DNA of 55,919 bases from assembly GCA_016192455.1 (NCBI GenBank), contig JACPUC010000026.1, positions 142,902-198,820 on the forward strand, given 5' to 3'. This document shows positions 19,483 to 29,547 of the stretch, piece by piece. The position numbers and the translations under genes are program-made. Position 1 is the stretch's first letter; the number at the start of each line of letters is the position of its first letter. Below the pieces are notes generated by a model. That model had not been told where the DNA came from. It made no database searches and saw nothing but the letters and a program-made list of their open reading frames with translations. This stretch comes from Candidatus Tectimicrobiota bacterium (GTDB lineage: Bacteria > JACPUC01).

Positions 19483-21819
19483 CTACCTCTTCTTCACCGT
19501 CTTCATGGCCGCCAGCACCCGCTCCGGCAGGAGTGGCAGCTCGGTGACCTGCACGCCGATGGCGTCGGCGACAGCATTGGCCACGGCCCCGGTGGTCGGC
19601 ACGATGGGAGGCTCGCCGATCCCCTTGCTGCCGTACGGCCCGTCGATGTTGTTCGTCTCGATGATGTCGAACTTGATGGGCGGCACATCGCAGCAGAGGG
19701 GAATCTTATAGTCGAGGAAGCTGGGATTCTGCATGCGGCCCTCGCCGTCGAATCCGACGCGCTCCGAGAGGGCGATGCCCAAGCCCATCACCGCGCCGCC
19801 CTCGATCTGACCTTCCACGCACATGGGGTTGATCGAGTAGCCCACGTCGTGGGCAGCGGCGAAATCGGTCACCTTGACGTTGCCCGTTTCGCCATCAACC
19901 TCCACCACCGCGGCCTGGGCGGCGTAGGAGAGCTGCGCCGAGACGAAGAGGCTCCCCTCCACCAGGCCATACTTGGGATCAAAGGGTGGGGCCATGGTGT
20001 TGAAGGAGCCGCGCCCGACGATGGGGCCAAGGGCAAACGGCGCCGCCTGGGCAACGATGGCGAAGGGAATGCCCTTCTCCGGCGTCCCCTTCACGAAGAT
20101 CATGCCCTGCGCGATGTCGAGGTCATCGGGGTTGGCTTCGATCATCGCCGCGGCGTTCGCCATGAGCTGGCGGCGCGCGTCCTGGGTCGCCTGGCGCAAC
20201 GCATGCCCCAGGTTGAAGGTGGTGCGGCTGCCCACGCCGCCGTAATCGAAGGGAGCAATCCCCGTATCGGAGGCGTGCACGCGCACCTGGCTCACATCGA
20301 CCCCCAGCTCCTCGGCGACGATCATCGGGGCCGTGCCGAAGGTCGAGCCGGTGCCGTGTTCGACGGTGCCGGTGGTGATGTGGACGGTGCCGTCCTGCTC
20401 GATGGAGACGAGGGCGCCGGTGCCGAACCCGACCGCCGTGATCCACCAGGCGCACGACAGGCCCCGGCCGACGAGCGCGCCATCGCCGCCCGCCGCCTTC
20501 GGCTGCTTCCAGCCGATGCGCTCGGCAGCCTTCACGAGACACTGCTTCAGCCCCACCGCGTGCAGCTTCTGGCCGTTATGGGCGATGTCCCCCTCCTCGT
20601 AGGCGTTCTTCAGGCGCAGCGCCAACGGGTCCATGCCGATCTTGCGCGCCAGCTCGTCCATGTGCGACTCGATGCAGAAGTTGAGCTGCGGGCCGGACGG
20701 GCCGCGCACCGCCGAGCAGCTCGGCTTGTTCGTGTAGACGCAGTAAACATCGATCTTCAGGTTCGCAATCTTGTAGGGGCCCGCCGCCGTCAAGGCGCCG
20801 AGGGAGCCCTGCACCGCTGAGAGCATGGACGTGAAGCCGGTATCGAAATAGATGGTGGCCTCCCGGGCGACGATGGTGCCGTCCTTCTTGATGCCCGACT
20901 TGACGTACATCTTGGCCGGGTGCCGCGGCTGCGCCATGCTGAACTCTTCTTCGCGGTTGAAAACGAGCTTCACCGGGCGCCCCGTCTTGCGCGCCAAGGC
21001 CGCCGCGTGCGGCTCCACCCAAGCCTGGCACTTGGCCCCGAAGCCGCCCCCGATGGCCGGCGCAATCACCCGTACCTGGGAGATCGGGATATCGAGGAAG
21101 GCGGCAACCGTCATCCGCACCACGTAGGGAACCTGGGTGGCGGTCCAGATTGTCACGCTGCCGTCGTCATGAGGCTGGGCGAGAACGCTGTGGTTCTCGA
21201 TCGGCGAGCCGTGCACCATCGGCGTGGTATAGACCCCTTTGACGACGACGTCGGCCTCCTTGAAGCCCTTCTCCACGTCTCCCTTGCGGACGATGCTGGA
21301 CCAGGAGCAGTTGCGGCGCGGGTTCTCCTTCTGCCACTGCCACACCGGCATCACTTTCGGGGAGGGGAGGCAGGCGTAGCTCTTCCACTTCTCGTGGATG
21401 AGGGGAGCGCTCGGCTTCATCGCTTGCTCGGCATCGAAGACGGCCTTCAGCGGCTCGTAGTCCACCTTCACGAGTTTCGCCGCCGCATCGGCCGTCGCCT
21501 GGTCCTCCGCCGCCACGATGGCGATGATGTCACCCTGGTAGCGCACCTTCTCCTTGGCGAAGAGGCGTTCATCCCAGATGAGCTCGCCGTGGAGGTGGTC
21601 CGGCACGTCCTTGTGGGTGACCACGCCGATCACCCCGGGGTGCTTCTCCGCCCGCGAAGTGTCGATGCGTTTGATGCGGGCGTGCGGATGGGACGAGTGC
21701 ACCAGTTTGGCGTACGCCATGCCCGGCAGGATCATGTCGCCCACGAACTTCGTTCTGCCGGTCGTTTTATCTACGGCGTCCAGTCGTGGGACGCGCGTGC
21801 CGAATACTTTCGTCGTCAT
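19483..21819 (-). CDS. xanthine dehydrogenase family molybdopterin-binding large subunit
   Basis: SSHPHARI, IGGGFGAK, SAVRGPSG, VGSRTT, EGQIEGG, SKGIGEP. Confidence 0.92.
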   Translation of the reverse strand: MTTKVFGTRVPRLDAVDKTTGRTKFVGDMILPGMAYAKLVHSSHPHARIKRIDTSRAEKHPGVIGVVTHKDVPDHLHGELIWDERLFAKEKVRYQGDIIAIVAAEDQATADAAAKLVKVDYEPLKAVFDAEQAMKPSAPLIHEKWKSYACLPSPKVMPVWQWQKENPRRNCSWSSIVRKGDVEKGFKEADVVVKGVYTTPMVHGSPIENHSVLAQPHDDGSVTIWTATQVPYVVRMTVAAFLDIPISQVRVIAPAIGGGFGAKCQAWVEPHAAALARKTGRPVKLVFNREEEFSMAQPRHPAKMYVKSGIKKDGTIVAREATIYFDTGFTSMLSAVQGSLGALTAAGPYKIANLKIDVYCVYTNKPSCSAVRGPSGPQLNFCIESHMDELARKIGMDPLALRLKNAYEEGDIAHNGQKLHAVGLKQCLVKAAERIGWKQPKAAGGDGALVGRGLSCAWWITAVGFGTGALVSIEQDGTVHITTGTVEHGTGSTFGTAPMIVAEELGVDVSQVRVHASDTGIAPFDYGGVGSRTTFNLGHALRQATQDARRQLMANAAAMIEANPDDLDIAQGMIFVKGTPEKGIPFAIVAQAAPFALGPIVGRGSFNTMAPPFDPKYGLVEGSLFVSAQLSYAAQAAVVEVDGETGNVKVTDFAAAHDVGYSINPMCVEGQIEGGAVMGLGIALSERVGFDGEGRMQNPSFLDYKIPLCCDVPPIKFDIIETNNIDGPYGSKGIGEPPIVPTTGAVANAVADAIGVQVTELPLLPERVLAAMKTVKKR

Positions 21820-21898
21820 TCCTTGCTCCTCCTGGAGAGTCAGCTTGCGCCGCCGCCGCTAGCCGCTGCGTTCCCCGGCGCCGCCGCAGCGTCCGCCG

Positions 21899-22360
21899 CT
21901 AGGCGGGGCTCGCCGCGGCCCGCACCGCTTCAACGATCTTGGCGTAACCGGTGCAGCGACAGAGGTTCCCCGACAACCCCAGCCGAATCGCCGCCTCGCT
22001 GGGCTTGGGATTGCGCTCCAGCAGGGCGGTGGCCGACATGAGCATGCCGGGGATGCAGAAGCCGCACTGCACCGCGCCGTGCTCGACGAACGCCTCCTGG
22101 AGAGGGCTCAGCTTGCCGTTGCTGGCCAGGCCCTCGACGGTGCGCACCTTCTTCCCCTGCGCCTCCCCGGCGGGGTAGATGCAGGAGTCCACGGTACGGC
22201 CATCGATGATGACCGTGCAGGCGCCGCAGTCCCCTTCCCCGCAGCCCTCCTTGGCGCCCGTCAGGCCCAACCCCAGACGCAGGGCGCTGAGGAGCGACTC
22301 CCCCGGCCGGACATTCACTTTGTGCGTGGCGCCGTTCACATTGAGCGTTATCGTGATCAC
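21899..22360 (-). CDS. xanthine dehydrogenase family 2Fe-2S small subunit
   Basis: GCGEGDCGACTV, QCGFCIPG, GNLCRCTGY. Confidence 0.93.
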   Translation of the reverse strand: MITITLNVNGATHKVNVRPGESLLSALRLGLGLTGAKEGCGEGDCGACTVIIDGRTVDSCIYPAGEAQGKKVRTVEGLASNGKLSPLQEAFVEHGAVQCGFCIPGMLMSATALLERNPKPSEAAIRLGLSGNLCRCTGYAKIVEAVRAAASPA

Positions 22361-22383
22361 GTCTCTCTCCCTCCTGCGGCAGG

Positions 22384-23256
22384 CTATCCGGCTTGAGCCA
22401 CCTTGGCGGCCTGCTGGAGTGCGCGCCGCGTGAACACCTCGACCATCTCGCGGCGGTACTCCGCAGAGCAGCGGAAATCAGTGATGGGCTTGCACTCCTT
22501 GGCCGCGGATGCGGCCGCCTCGCGGCAAAGGCCGTCGCTGAACGGCTGCCCGGTGAGCAGCTTCTCGGCCTTCTCGGCGCGCATCGGCACGGGGGCCACC
22601 GCGCCAAGGGCAATGCGGGCACGGGCAACGGCGCCGTTGCGCATGGTGAGGCTGACGCCGGCGCTCACCATGGCGATCTCGAGCTGGCCGCGCAGGCCGT
22701 GCTTCAGGAAGCAACTCCCGGAGGCGCGCGCCGGCGGCGGCACGAGCACCGCCGTCACCATCTCCCCGGCCCGCAAGGCCGTCTGGTTGGGGCCGACGAA
22801 GAACTTCTGCAAGGGGAGGGTGCGCGCGCCCGCCGGCCCGCTGATCTCGACCTGCGCGTCCAGGGCCAGCAGGGGCGGTCCCATGTCAGCCGATGGGGAG
22901 GCGTGGCAGAGGTTGCCGACAATGGTGCCGACGTTCTGCACCTGGCGCGCCCCGATGAGGCCGGCCGCCTGCGCCAGGATCGGGTAGTGCTCGCACACCA
23001 CCGCCCTCTCCAGCAGGTCGCTGTAAGTCACCAGCGGGCCGATACTGAGGCCAGCCTTGGCGGTGAAGGTGAGCTTCCGCAGCGCTGGGATGGCGTTGAT
23101 GCTCACCAGGTGCTCAGGGGTCACCTTCTCGGCGCGCAGCAGCACCATCACGTCGGTGCCCCCGGCGATGAGCTTGGCCTTCTTCCCATGACGCTTGAGG
23201 AGTTCGACTGCCTCTTTGACCGTTTTCGGCCTGTGGTACTCTTTCATCCCAACCAT
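22384..23256 (-). CDS. xanthine dehydrogenase family FAD-binding medium subunit
   Basis: IAGGTDV, QVQNVGTIVGNLCHASPSAD, DFRCSAEYR. RBS GAGGAGG. Confidence 0.92.
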   Translation of the reverse strand: MVGMKEYHRPKTVKEAVELLKRHGKKAKLIAGGTDVMVLLRAEKVTPEHLVSINAIPALRKLTFTAKAGLSIGPLVTYSDLLERAVVCEHYPILAQAAGLIGARQVQNVGTIVGNLCHASPSADMGPPLLALDAQVEISGPAGARTLPLQKFFVGPNQTALRAGEMVTAVLVPPPARASGSCFLKHGLRGQLEIAMVSAGVSLTMRNGAVARARIALGAVAPVPMRAEKAEKLLTGQPFSDGLCREAAASAAKECKPITDFRCSAEYRREMVEVFTRRALQQAAKVAQAG

Positions 23257-23459
23257 ACCTACCTCCTCAGACGTTCCAGTGGAGTGCCCTTCCCCCTGCC
23301 GCCGTGTTGACTACCCCGTCGGCTCCGACCATCGCTCGCCCCCTTTCGCAGAGGACCCCTCGCGCCTGCTCCTCCGCGCCGCCACCTCGGCGCCTGAAGA
23401 ATTTCCGCTCCTCCCTCTTCAGGCTTGCCGCACAAGACGGCGCCACCTCCTCGCGGCAG

Positions 23460-24752
23460 CTAGCCGGCGGCCGGCGCCAGCGCGGGCTCGGCGGCCTGCT
23501 CGCGGATGCAGAAGCTGACGGCTGCGGCGGCCAGGGCTACGAAGCCGGCGATGAGAAACGCCACGTCATACCTGCCAAGCGAGTCGTAAATCACGCCGCC
23601 GAAGAAACCGCCGAGAGCGGCGCCAAGTTGATGGATGAAGGTGATGCCGCCGAAGATCGCGCCGCTGTGCCGCAGCCCGAAGGCACGATGGGCGATGGCC
23701 GTGGTGAGCGGCACGGTGGCGAGCAAGCCGAAGCCGGCCACCACGCAGAAAAGAAAGATGGCGACGAGGCTCTGGGCGTAGACCAGGTAGAGCAGCGCCA
23801 GGCCACGCACGAGGTAGCTGACGCCAAGGGGCCGCGAGCAGCCGACGCGGTCCGAGATCGCACCCATGGAGATATTGCCGACGATGTTGGCCGCCCCCAG
23901 CAGGGAGAGGGCCTGGGCGCCAAGGCTGCTGGCGTACCCCTGATCCGTTACGAAGGCAGCGAGATGCGTGATGATGAACATCCAGGTGAAGCCGCAGGCG
24001 AACTGCCCGGACGAGAGGAGCCAGAAGAGCGGCGTCCGGGCGGCCGCCGTGGCGGTATAGGAAACCCCCTCGCCCACCTCCGCCGGGGCCGTCCGCCGCG
24101 GCGTGGCGGCGCGCCTCCCGGGCTCGACGCGAGGACGGTCCTGGATCGGGGCCCTCGACTGCCGCTGCGGCGGCGGATCAACGAGGACGAAGAGCGCCAG
24201 CGGAATGGCGATCAGGCCCAGGACGATTCCCTGGCCGACATACGTCGCGCTCCACCCCCAACTGACGATGCCGAGGTTGAGGACGGGGAACCAGAGGAAC
24301 GTGCCTAAAGAGGATCCCGCTGAGCTCACGCTCAGGGCCAGCCCCCGGCGCTCGTCAAAGAAGCGCCCCAGGAGGGTGAAGTGGGTCACGAACGAGGAGC
24401 AGCCCGAGCCGATCCCGACGCCGATCCCGTAGTAGAGGTAGAGCTGCCAGAGGCGTGTGACGGTTCCCAGGAGAAGACCCGAAAGCGCCATCACCACCAC
24501 CCCGAAGAGGATGACGCGGCGGGGCCCCACGCGGTCGGCCAGCCGGCCGACCAGGGGCAGGCTGATGCCGTAGACGAGCATGTTGATCGAGACCGCCAGG
24601 GAGATCGTCGAGCGGCTCCAGGGGAAGTCGCTTTGCAGGGGTTTGAGGAAGAGCCCAAAGGACGTCCACGTTCCCGCCCCGAAGAAGAGAATGAAGAACG
24701 AGCCGCCGACGAGCAGCCATCGCAAGCGCTGGTCCATGGTGCCACTCTGCAT
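23460..24752 (-). CDS. MFS transporter (OFA/MCT-like)
   Basis: About 12 hydrophobic segments, GRLADRVGPRR, FDERRGLA, GAISDRVG. The real start is about 24752, not the 25970 of the ORF track. Confidence 0.88.
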   Translation of the reverse strand: MQSGTMDQRLRWLLVGGSFFILFFGAGTWTSFGLFLKPLQSDFPWSRSTISLAVSINMLVYGISLPLVGRLADRVGPRRVILFGVVVMALSGLLLGTVTRLWQLYLYYGIGVGIGSGCSSFVTHFTLLGRFFDERRGLALSVSSAGSSLGTFLWFPVLNLGIVSWGWSATYVGQGIVLGLIAIPLALFVLVDPPPQRQSRAPIQDRPRVEPGRRAATPRRTAPAEVGEGVSYTATAAARTPLFWLLSSGQFACGFTWMFIITHLAAFVTDQGYASSLGAQALSLLGAANIVGNISMGAISDRVGCSRPLGVSYLVRGLALLYLVYAQSLVAIFLFCVVAGFGLLATVPLTTAIAHRAFGLRHSGAIFGGITFIHQLGAALGGFFGGVIYDSLGRYDVAFLIAGFVALAAAAVSFCIREQAAEPALAPAAG

Positions 24753-24885
24753 CGGTGCAACTTCCGGGCGCGGAGCCGCGGCGAGACAAAGCCCGCCTTC
24801 GTCGCAACCCCGATCCGCGGCGCGGAGGAGGCGGCACGGCCCAGCTCGCCACGCTGGCCGACTGGCTGTCGTGCGCGTTTCGTGC

Positions 24886-24914
24886 ATCGTAGTGAAGCGC
24901 CGGAACTCTGTCAA
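24886..24914 (-). promoter_or_regulatory. sigma-70-type promoter for the MFS gene
   Basis: Minus strand TTGACA (24914-24909) - 17 nt - TACGAT (24891-24886). Confidence 0.55.
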
Positions 24915-25112
24915 TATCCGCGGCGGAGCTTGCGCCGCGAAGCCGGGTTCGGTAGGCGATGCCGCCGGCGGCATTCCTCCTTGTCGAATCGGCTGAGATG
25001 GCGTACATTGGCCTGCACATTTCCTCAGGGTTCCCGTCGGCGTCAGGTCTGCGACGGCCGCGGTGCAGCTCGCTGCCGCCCTGGGTCGGAGGTCGCGAGA
25101 AGGATTGCCGGC

Positions 25113-27554
25113 ATGGCTACGCTTGAAGACCGCGCGGCGACGATGCAGTGGATCGGACAGAGTATCAAGCGCGTCGAAGATTCTCGTCTGTTGACCGGCA
25201 AGGGGAGCTACGTCGATGACCTGCGCATCCCGAACCTGCACCATGCGGCCATCCTGCGCAGCCCGCACGGGCACGCGCGCATCCTCGGCATCAGCAGTGC
25301 GGAGGCCCTGAAGCAGCCCGGCGTCGTGGCGGTGCTCACCGGCGAGGACGTCGCCGCCATGGCGCGGCCGTTCCCCACCGGCGTCGCCACCGAGGTCCAC
25401 TACTACCCCCTGGCGGTGGGCTCGGCCCGCTTCGTGGGCGAGCCGGTGGCGGTGGTGGTGGCCCGCACGCGCTATGAAGCGGAAGATGCGCTCGACTCCA
25501 TCGAGGTGGACTACGAGCCGCTGCCGGTCGTCACCGACCCCGAGGAGGCCACCGGCGAGTCGGCCCCCCTCCTGCACGACTACGCCGGTACGAACATCGC
25601 CAACCACCGCCTCCTGACGTACGGCGATCTGGAGCAAGCCTTCAGCCAGGCCGACCAGGTGGTGCGGGAGCGCTTCGTCTTCCCGAAATACGCCTCCACG
25701 CCGATGGAGACCTACGCCGTCGCGGCGCACCACAACCCCATCGACGGCACCTTCACCGTGTGGTCGAACTTCCATGGGCCGTTCATCATGCACCCCGTGG
25801 TGGCCAAGGCCCTGAAGGTTCCGGAGACCAAGCTGCGCTTCATCGTGCCGCCCGACATCGGAGGCGCCTTCGGCATCAAGGTGAGCATCTACCCCTACAT
25901 CGCTCTGCTGGCGCTGGCCGCGAAGAAAGCCGGCGTGGCGGTGAAGTGGATCGAGGACCGCCGCGAGCACCTGCTCGCCAGCTCCAGCGGCGCCGACCGC
26001 GTCTCCTACCTGGAGGCGGCGGTAAAGCAGGACGGGACCATCCTCGGGATGCGCGGGCGCATCTACGACAACGTCGGCGGCTACCTGCGCACGCCCGAGC
26101 CGGGCTGCCTCTACCGCCCCACCGGCAACTTCGTCGGCGCCTACAACTTCAAGAACCTGCAGCTCGACAACTACGCCGTGATGACGAATAAGTCGCTCAC
26201 CGGGCCGAACCGCGGCTACGGCTGCCAGCAGCTCTACTTCGGGCTGGAGCGCCTGATCGACCGCGTGGCGCGCACCCTGAAGCGCGACCCCGTGGAGGTG
26301 CGCATGCGGAACTTCATCCGCCCGGAGGAGTTCCCGTACACCACCCCCACCGGCGGCATCTACGACAGCGGCGACTACCCGGCCGCCATGCGGAAGGCGG
26401 TGGAGCTGGCGCGCTACGAGGAGCTGAAGAAGGAGCGCCAGGCGGCCCGCCGCGCCGGGCGGCTCTTTGGCATCGGCGTGGCCACCGCCGTCGATCCCTC
26501 CGTCACCAACATGGCCTACATCACCCTAGCGCTGGAGCCGGAGGTGCGCGCCCGCAAAGGATTCCTCTCGAAATCGGGATCGAGCGAATCGGCGACGATC
26601 AAGATCGACCCTCTCGGCAAGGTGAACATCACCCTCAGCACCACGCCGCAGGGGCAGGGGCATGAGACGGTGGTGGGGCAGATCGTGGCGGACGAGCTGG
26701 GGGTCTCCTTCGAGGACGTGCGCGTGACGACCCAGATGGATACCTTCACGAACCTCTGGTCGATCACCTCGGGCGCCTACTCGAGCCGCTTCGCCGCCGC
26801 CGGCGCCAGCGCCTTCGCGCTGTCGGCGCGCAAGCTGAAGGAGAAGGTGAAGGAGATCGCCGCCCACCTCCTGGAAGCCCACGGCGCCGATCTCGAAATC
26901 GAGAACGGCACCATCCGGGTCGTCGGCAGTCCCGAGAAGAGCATGCCGGTCAAGCAGGTCGCCGGCATCGTCCATTGGAGCCCGCACCTGCTGCCGCGCG
27001 GCCTGGAACCGAACCTCACCGCCACCGCCACCTTCAACTTCCCGAACGCCACGGCGCCGGACCAGCAGGACCGCGTCGATTCCTCCAACACCTACGGCTT
27101 CATCGCCGAGATCGTGGCGGTGGAAATCGATCCGGAAACCTGCGAGGTGAAGATCGTGCGCTACGCCTCGGTGCACGACGCCGGGCGCATCCTCAACCCC
27201 CTCATCGTGGAGGGGCAGATCATCGGCAGCATCGTGCACGGCATCGGCGGGGCGCTCTACGAAGAGCTGGCCTACGACGACAACGCCCAGCTCATGGCGG
27301 CCACCTTCATGGATTACCTCTGTCCCACGGTGGACGAGGTGCCGAAGTTCGACCTCGACCACCTCGAGTCGCCCTCCCCCTTCTCGATCCTCGGCGCCAA
27401 GGGCTGCGGCGAGAGCAGCTCGATGGTCGCCCCGGCGGTGATCGCCAACGCGGTGGAGGACGCCCTTTGGCACCGCGGCGTGCGCATCACCACGCTGCCG
27501 CTGTCGCCCAACCGCGTCTGGCACTTGTTACAGGCCGCCAGGCGACAGGGGTAG
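25113..27554 (+). CDS. xanthine dehydrogenase family molybdopterin-binding large subunit, HmfA-like paralogue of 7262..9712
   Basis: Shares identical blocks with 7262..9712 (YAVMTNKSLTGPNRGYGCQQLYFGLERL, GIGVATAVDPSVTNMAYIT, KGCGESS). Start ATG 25113. Confidence 0.9.
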   Translation: MATLEDRAATMQWIGQSIKRVEDSRLLTGKGSYVDDLRIPNLHHAAILRSPHGHARILGISSAEALKQPGVVAVLTGEDVAAMARPFPTGVATEVHYYPLAVGSARFVGEPVAVVVARTRYEAEDALDSIEVDYEPLPVVTDPEEATGESAPLLHDYAGTNIANHRLLTYGDLEQAFSQADQVVRERFVFPKYASTPMETYAVAAHHNPIDGTFTVWSNFHGPFIMHPVVAKALKVPETKLRFIVPPDIGGAFGIKVSIYPYIALLALAAKKAGVAVKWIEDRREHLLASSSGADRVSYLEAAVKQDGTILGMRGRIYDNVGGYLRTPEPGCLYRPTGNFVGAYNFKNLQLDNYAVMTNKSLTGPNRGYGCQQLYFGLERLIDRVARTLKRDPVEVRMRNFIRPEEFPYTTPTGGIYDSGDYPAAMRKAVELARYEELKKERQAARRAGRLFGIGVATAVDPSVTNMAYITLALEPEVRARKGFLSKSGSSESATIKIDPLGKVNITLSTTPQGQGHETVVGQIVADELGVSFEDVRVTTQMDTFTNLWSITSGAYSSRFAAAGASAFALSARKLKEKVKEIAAHLLEAHGADLEIENGTIRVVGSPEKSMPVKQVAGIVHWSPHLLPRGLEPNLTATATFNFPNATAPDQQDRVDSSNTYGFIAEIVAVEIDPETCEVKIVRYASVHDAGRILNPLIVEGQIIGSIVHGIGGALYEELAYDDNAQLMAATFMDYLCPTVDEVPKFDLDHLESPSPFSILGAKGCGESSSMVAPAVIANAVEDALWHRGVRITTLPLSPNRVWHLLQAARRQG

Positions 27555-27701
27555 CAGCTTGATCCGCTTCCACGCAGCGTTGCGCCCCCAGCCGCGCGGC
27601 GGCGCGCCTGCGAGATGCCCGTGACCATGTCCGCCCACCCAGGAGCCTGATCACCACGACACGTTGAGCCGCCGGAACATCAGCTCAGAGAGGAGAACGC
27701 G

Positions 27702-28760
27702 ATGATCGGACAGTACACCGCGCTGGCCATCCAATCGAATATCCCCGTGGCGCGCAGCCGGGAAGAATTCCCTGATCACATCAAGCATCTTGGAAAGATT
27801 CTCGACTCGGCCGTCAACACCCTGAACATCGAGTTCCCGGTGCGCTTGGCGGTGTTTCCGGAGGCCTCGTTCCAGGGATTTCGCGACGAGTACATCGATC
27901 AGGATCATGTGGACTATGTGAACCGCATGGCCATCGACATCCCCGGCCCCGAAACCGATCTCTTCGGCCAGAAGGCGAAGCAGTACAACACTTACATCGT
28001 GGCCACCGCCAAGGCGAAGCACCCGAAGTTCCCGAACCGCTTCTTCAACGTCGCCTTCATCGTCTCCCCCGAGGGCGAGGTGGTGCATCAGCACTACAAG
28101 TGCCAGCTCTGGGTGAAGGAGCACTCGACGACGCCGCACGACGTCTACGACAAGTGGGTGGAGCTGTACGGCGACGGCCTCGATGCCTTCTTCCCGGTGG
28201 CGAAGCTGCCCATCGGCAACATCGGCACCACGATCTGCATGGAGGGGAGCTTCCCGGAGCCGTACCGCGCCCTGGCGATGAACGGCGCCGAGATCATCAC
28301 CCGTGTCGCCTACCCCGAGCCGTGGGTTTCCCAGGGGCAGTGGGAGGTGCAGAACCGCGCCCGCGCCCTGGATAACACCTGCTACGTCGTCTCCCCGAAC
28401 CACGGCACGATGCTGCGGCGCCACGGCCGGGCTGACCAGATCGGCGGCGGCAACGGCGGGCAGACGATGATCGTGGACTATCGCGGCGTCGTCACGGCAA
28501 AGGTGAGCTACGCCACCGAGTCCTTCATCGGCGCCTCCATCAACCTCGCGGCCCTGCGCGAGCATCGCGCCAGGGCCAAGTTCTGCAACTTCCTGCCCTA
28601 CCTGAAGACGGAGATCTACCAGAAGGTTTACGAGCGTCCCATCTGGCCGAAGAACCTGGCGGCCCAGGAGCCGCCGGGGAAGCACGCCGAGGTGGAAGGC
28701 ATTTTCATGGACACCGTCACCGATCTGCAGAAGCGCGGCTGCTTCTTCAGCCCGGCGTAG
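27702..28760 (+). CDS. nitrilase-superfamily carbon-nitrogen hydrolase
   Basis: E-K-C triad: FPEAS, HYK, TICMEG; also NRARALDN. Confidence 0.88.
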   Translation: MIGQYTALAIQSNIPVARSREEFPDHIKHLGKILDSAVNTLNIEFPVRLAVFPEASFQGFRDEYIDQDHVDYVNRMAIDIPGPETDLFGQKAKQYNTYIVATAKAKHPKFPNRFFNVAFIVSPEGEVVHQHYKCQLWVKEHSTTPHDVYDKWVELYGDGLDAFFPVAKLPIGNIGTTICMEGSFPEPYRALAMNGAEIITRVAYPEPWVSQGQWEVQNRARALDNTCYVVSPNHGTMLRRHGRADQIGGGNGGQTMIVDYRGVVTAKVSYATESFIGASINLAALREHRARAKFCNFLPYLKTEIYQKVYERPIWPKNLAAQEPPGKHAEVEGIFMDTVTDLQKRGCFFSPA

Positions 28761-28810
28761 TGCTGCGTGCTGATCCCCGCCGGGGGCCGTGTTCGCCCGC
28801 CATGAAACCC

Positions 28811-28843
28811 AGCAGCGCCGGAGAAAACATCTCCGGCGCTGCT
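28811..28843 (+). terminator. perfect 14-bp hairpin downstream of the nitrilase gene
   Basis: AGCAGCGCCGGAGA-AAACA-TCTCCGGCGCTGCT. It lacks a clear U-tract. Confidence 0.4.
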
Positions 28844-29175
28844 TGTCGGCCGACCAAGCCCCGCCCCGCTGCATCCTCTTTCAGCCCTCTGGGGGCCCGA
28901 TTCTGAACGGCCCTCGCTCCAGCAGCCGCAACCGGCGGTCAGACGGCTCGCTCCAGCTCATCCGCCGGGCGGCAGCGCGCCGCATTGCGCAGCGACCCTG
29001 GCGCCCTGGCAGCCGCTCCCGACCTCGGCCAGAAGCAATTTCACAGTGTGAATTGAAACAACTCCTACCCACCATTCCCGGGGCTGTGATATAAAGATGG
29101 GCGGGGAGTGATGCCGCGCGCGCCCAAGCGCAAGCCGCGAAGCTCCCCTTCAGCACGTGCCCGAGCAGGAGGGCG

Positions 29176-29499
29176 ATGGAGGAGATCATGGGAATCGACA
29201 ACACCGATCGCACGCTGGCATCCAACCGGCTGGTCTTCGAGGTGCGGCGCGATATGGCCGCGTACCGTCGTTTCAGAGAGAACTTCGAGCTGGTCATGGG
29301 AGAGTATGGCCTCACGGAGGAAGAGAAAGAGGCTTGGCGCACCTTGGACCTCAAGAAGCTCGGCGACCTTGGGGTGCACCCGTACTTCCTGCCGCAGATC
29401 AGCCGTCTATTCCATGGAGGTGGTTACAACCACAATCGCAGCGAGGCATGCAAAGCCTATGCGGCGTCGGTGCTTGCCGGGCCCGCCGGCGACCAGTAG
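29176..29499 (+). CDS. extradiol ring-cleavage dioxygenase small subunit (LigA-like)
   Basis: NRLVF...RRF...YGLTEEEKEA...DLKKL..LGVHPY pattern, directly upstream of the LigB-like gene. Confidence 0.8.
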   Translation: MEEIMGIDNTDRTLASNRLVFEVRRDMAAYRRFRENFELVMGEYGLTEEEKEAWRTLDLKKLGDLGVHPYFLPQISRLFHGGGYNHNRSEACKAYAASVLAGPAGDQ

Positions 29500-29547
29500 G
29501 AGAACGAAAGGACGACCACGGCGACAACCGTGAGGAAGGAGGGAGTG

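Noticed and set aside
19483-23256. 4-hydroxybenzoyl-CoA reductase HcrCAB
   Set aside because: The FAD subunit (290 aa) lacks the Cys-rich [4Fe-4S] insert typical of HcrB.
23460-27554. 836-aa MFS and 1057-aa Mo-subunit 'fusions' in the ORF track
   Set aside because: The N-terminal extensions are antisense read-through of the divergent neighbour. Real starts are about 24752 and 25113.
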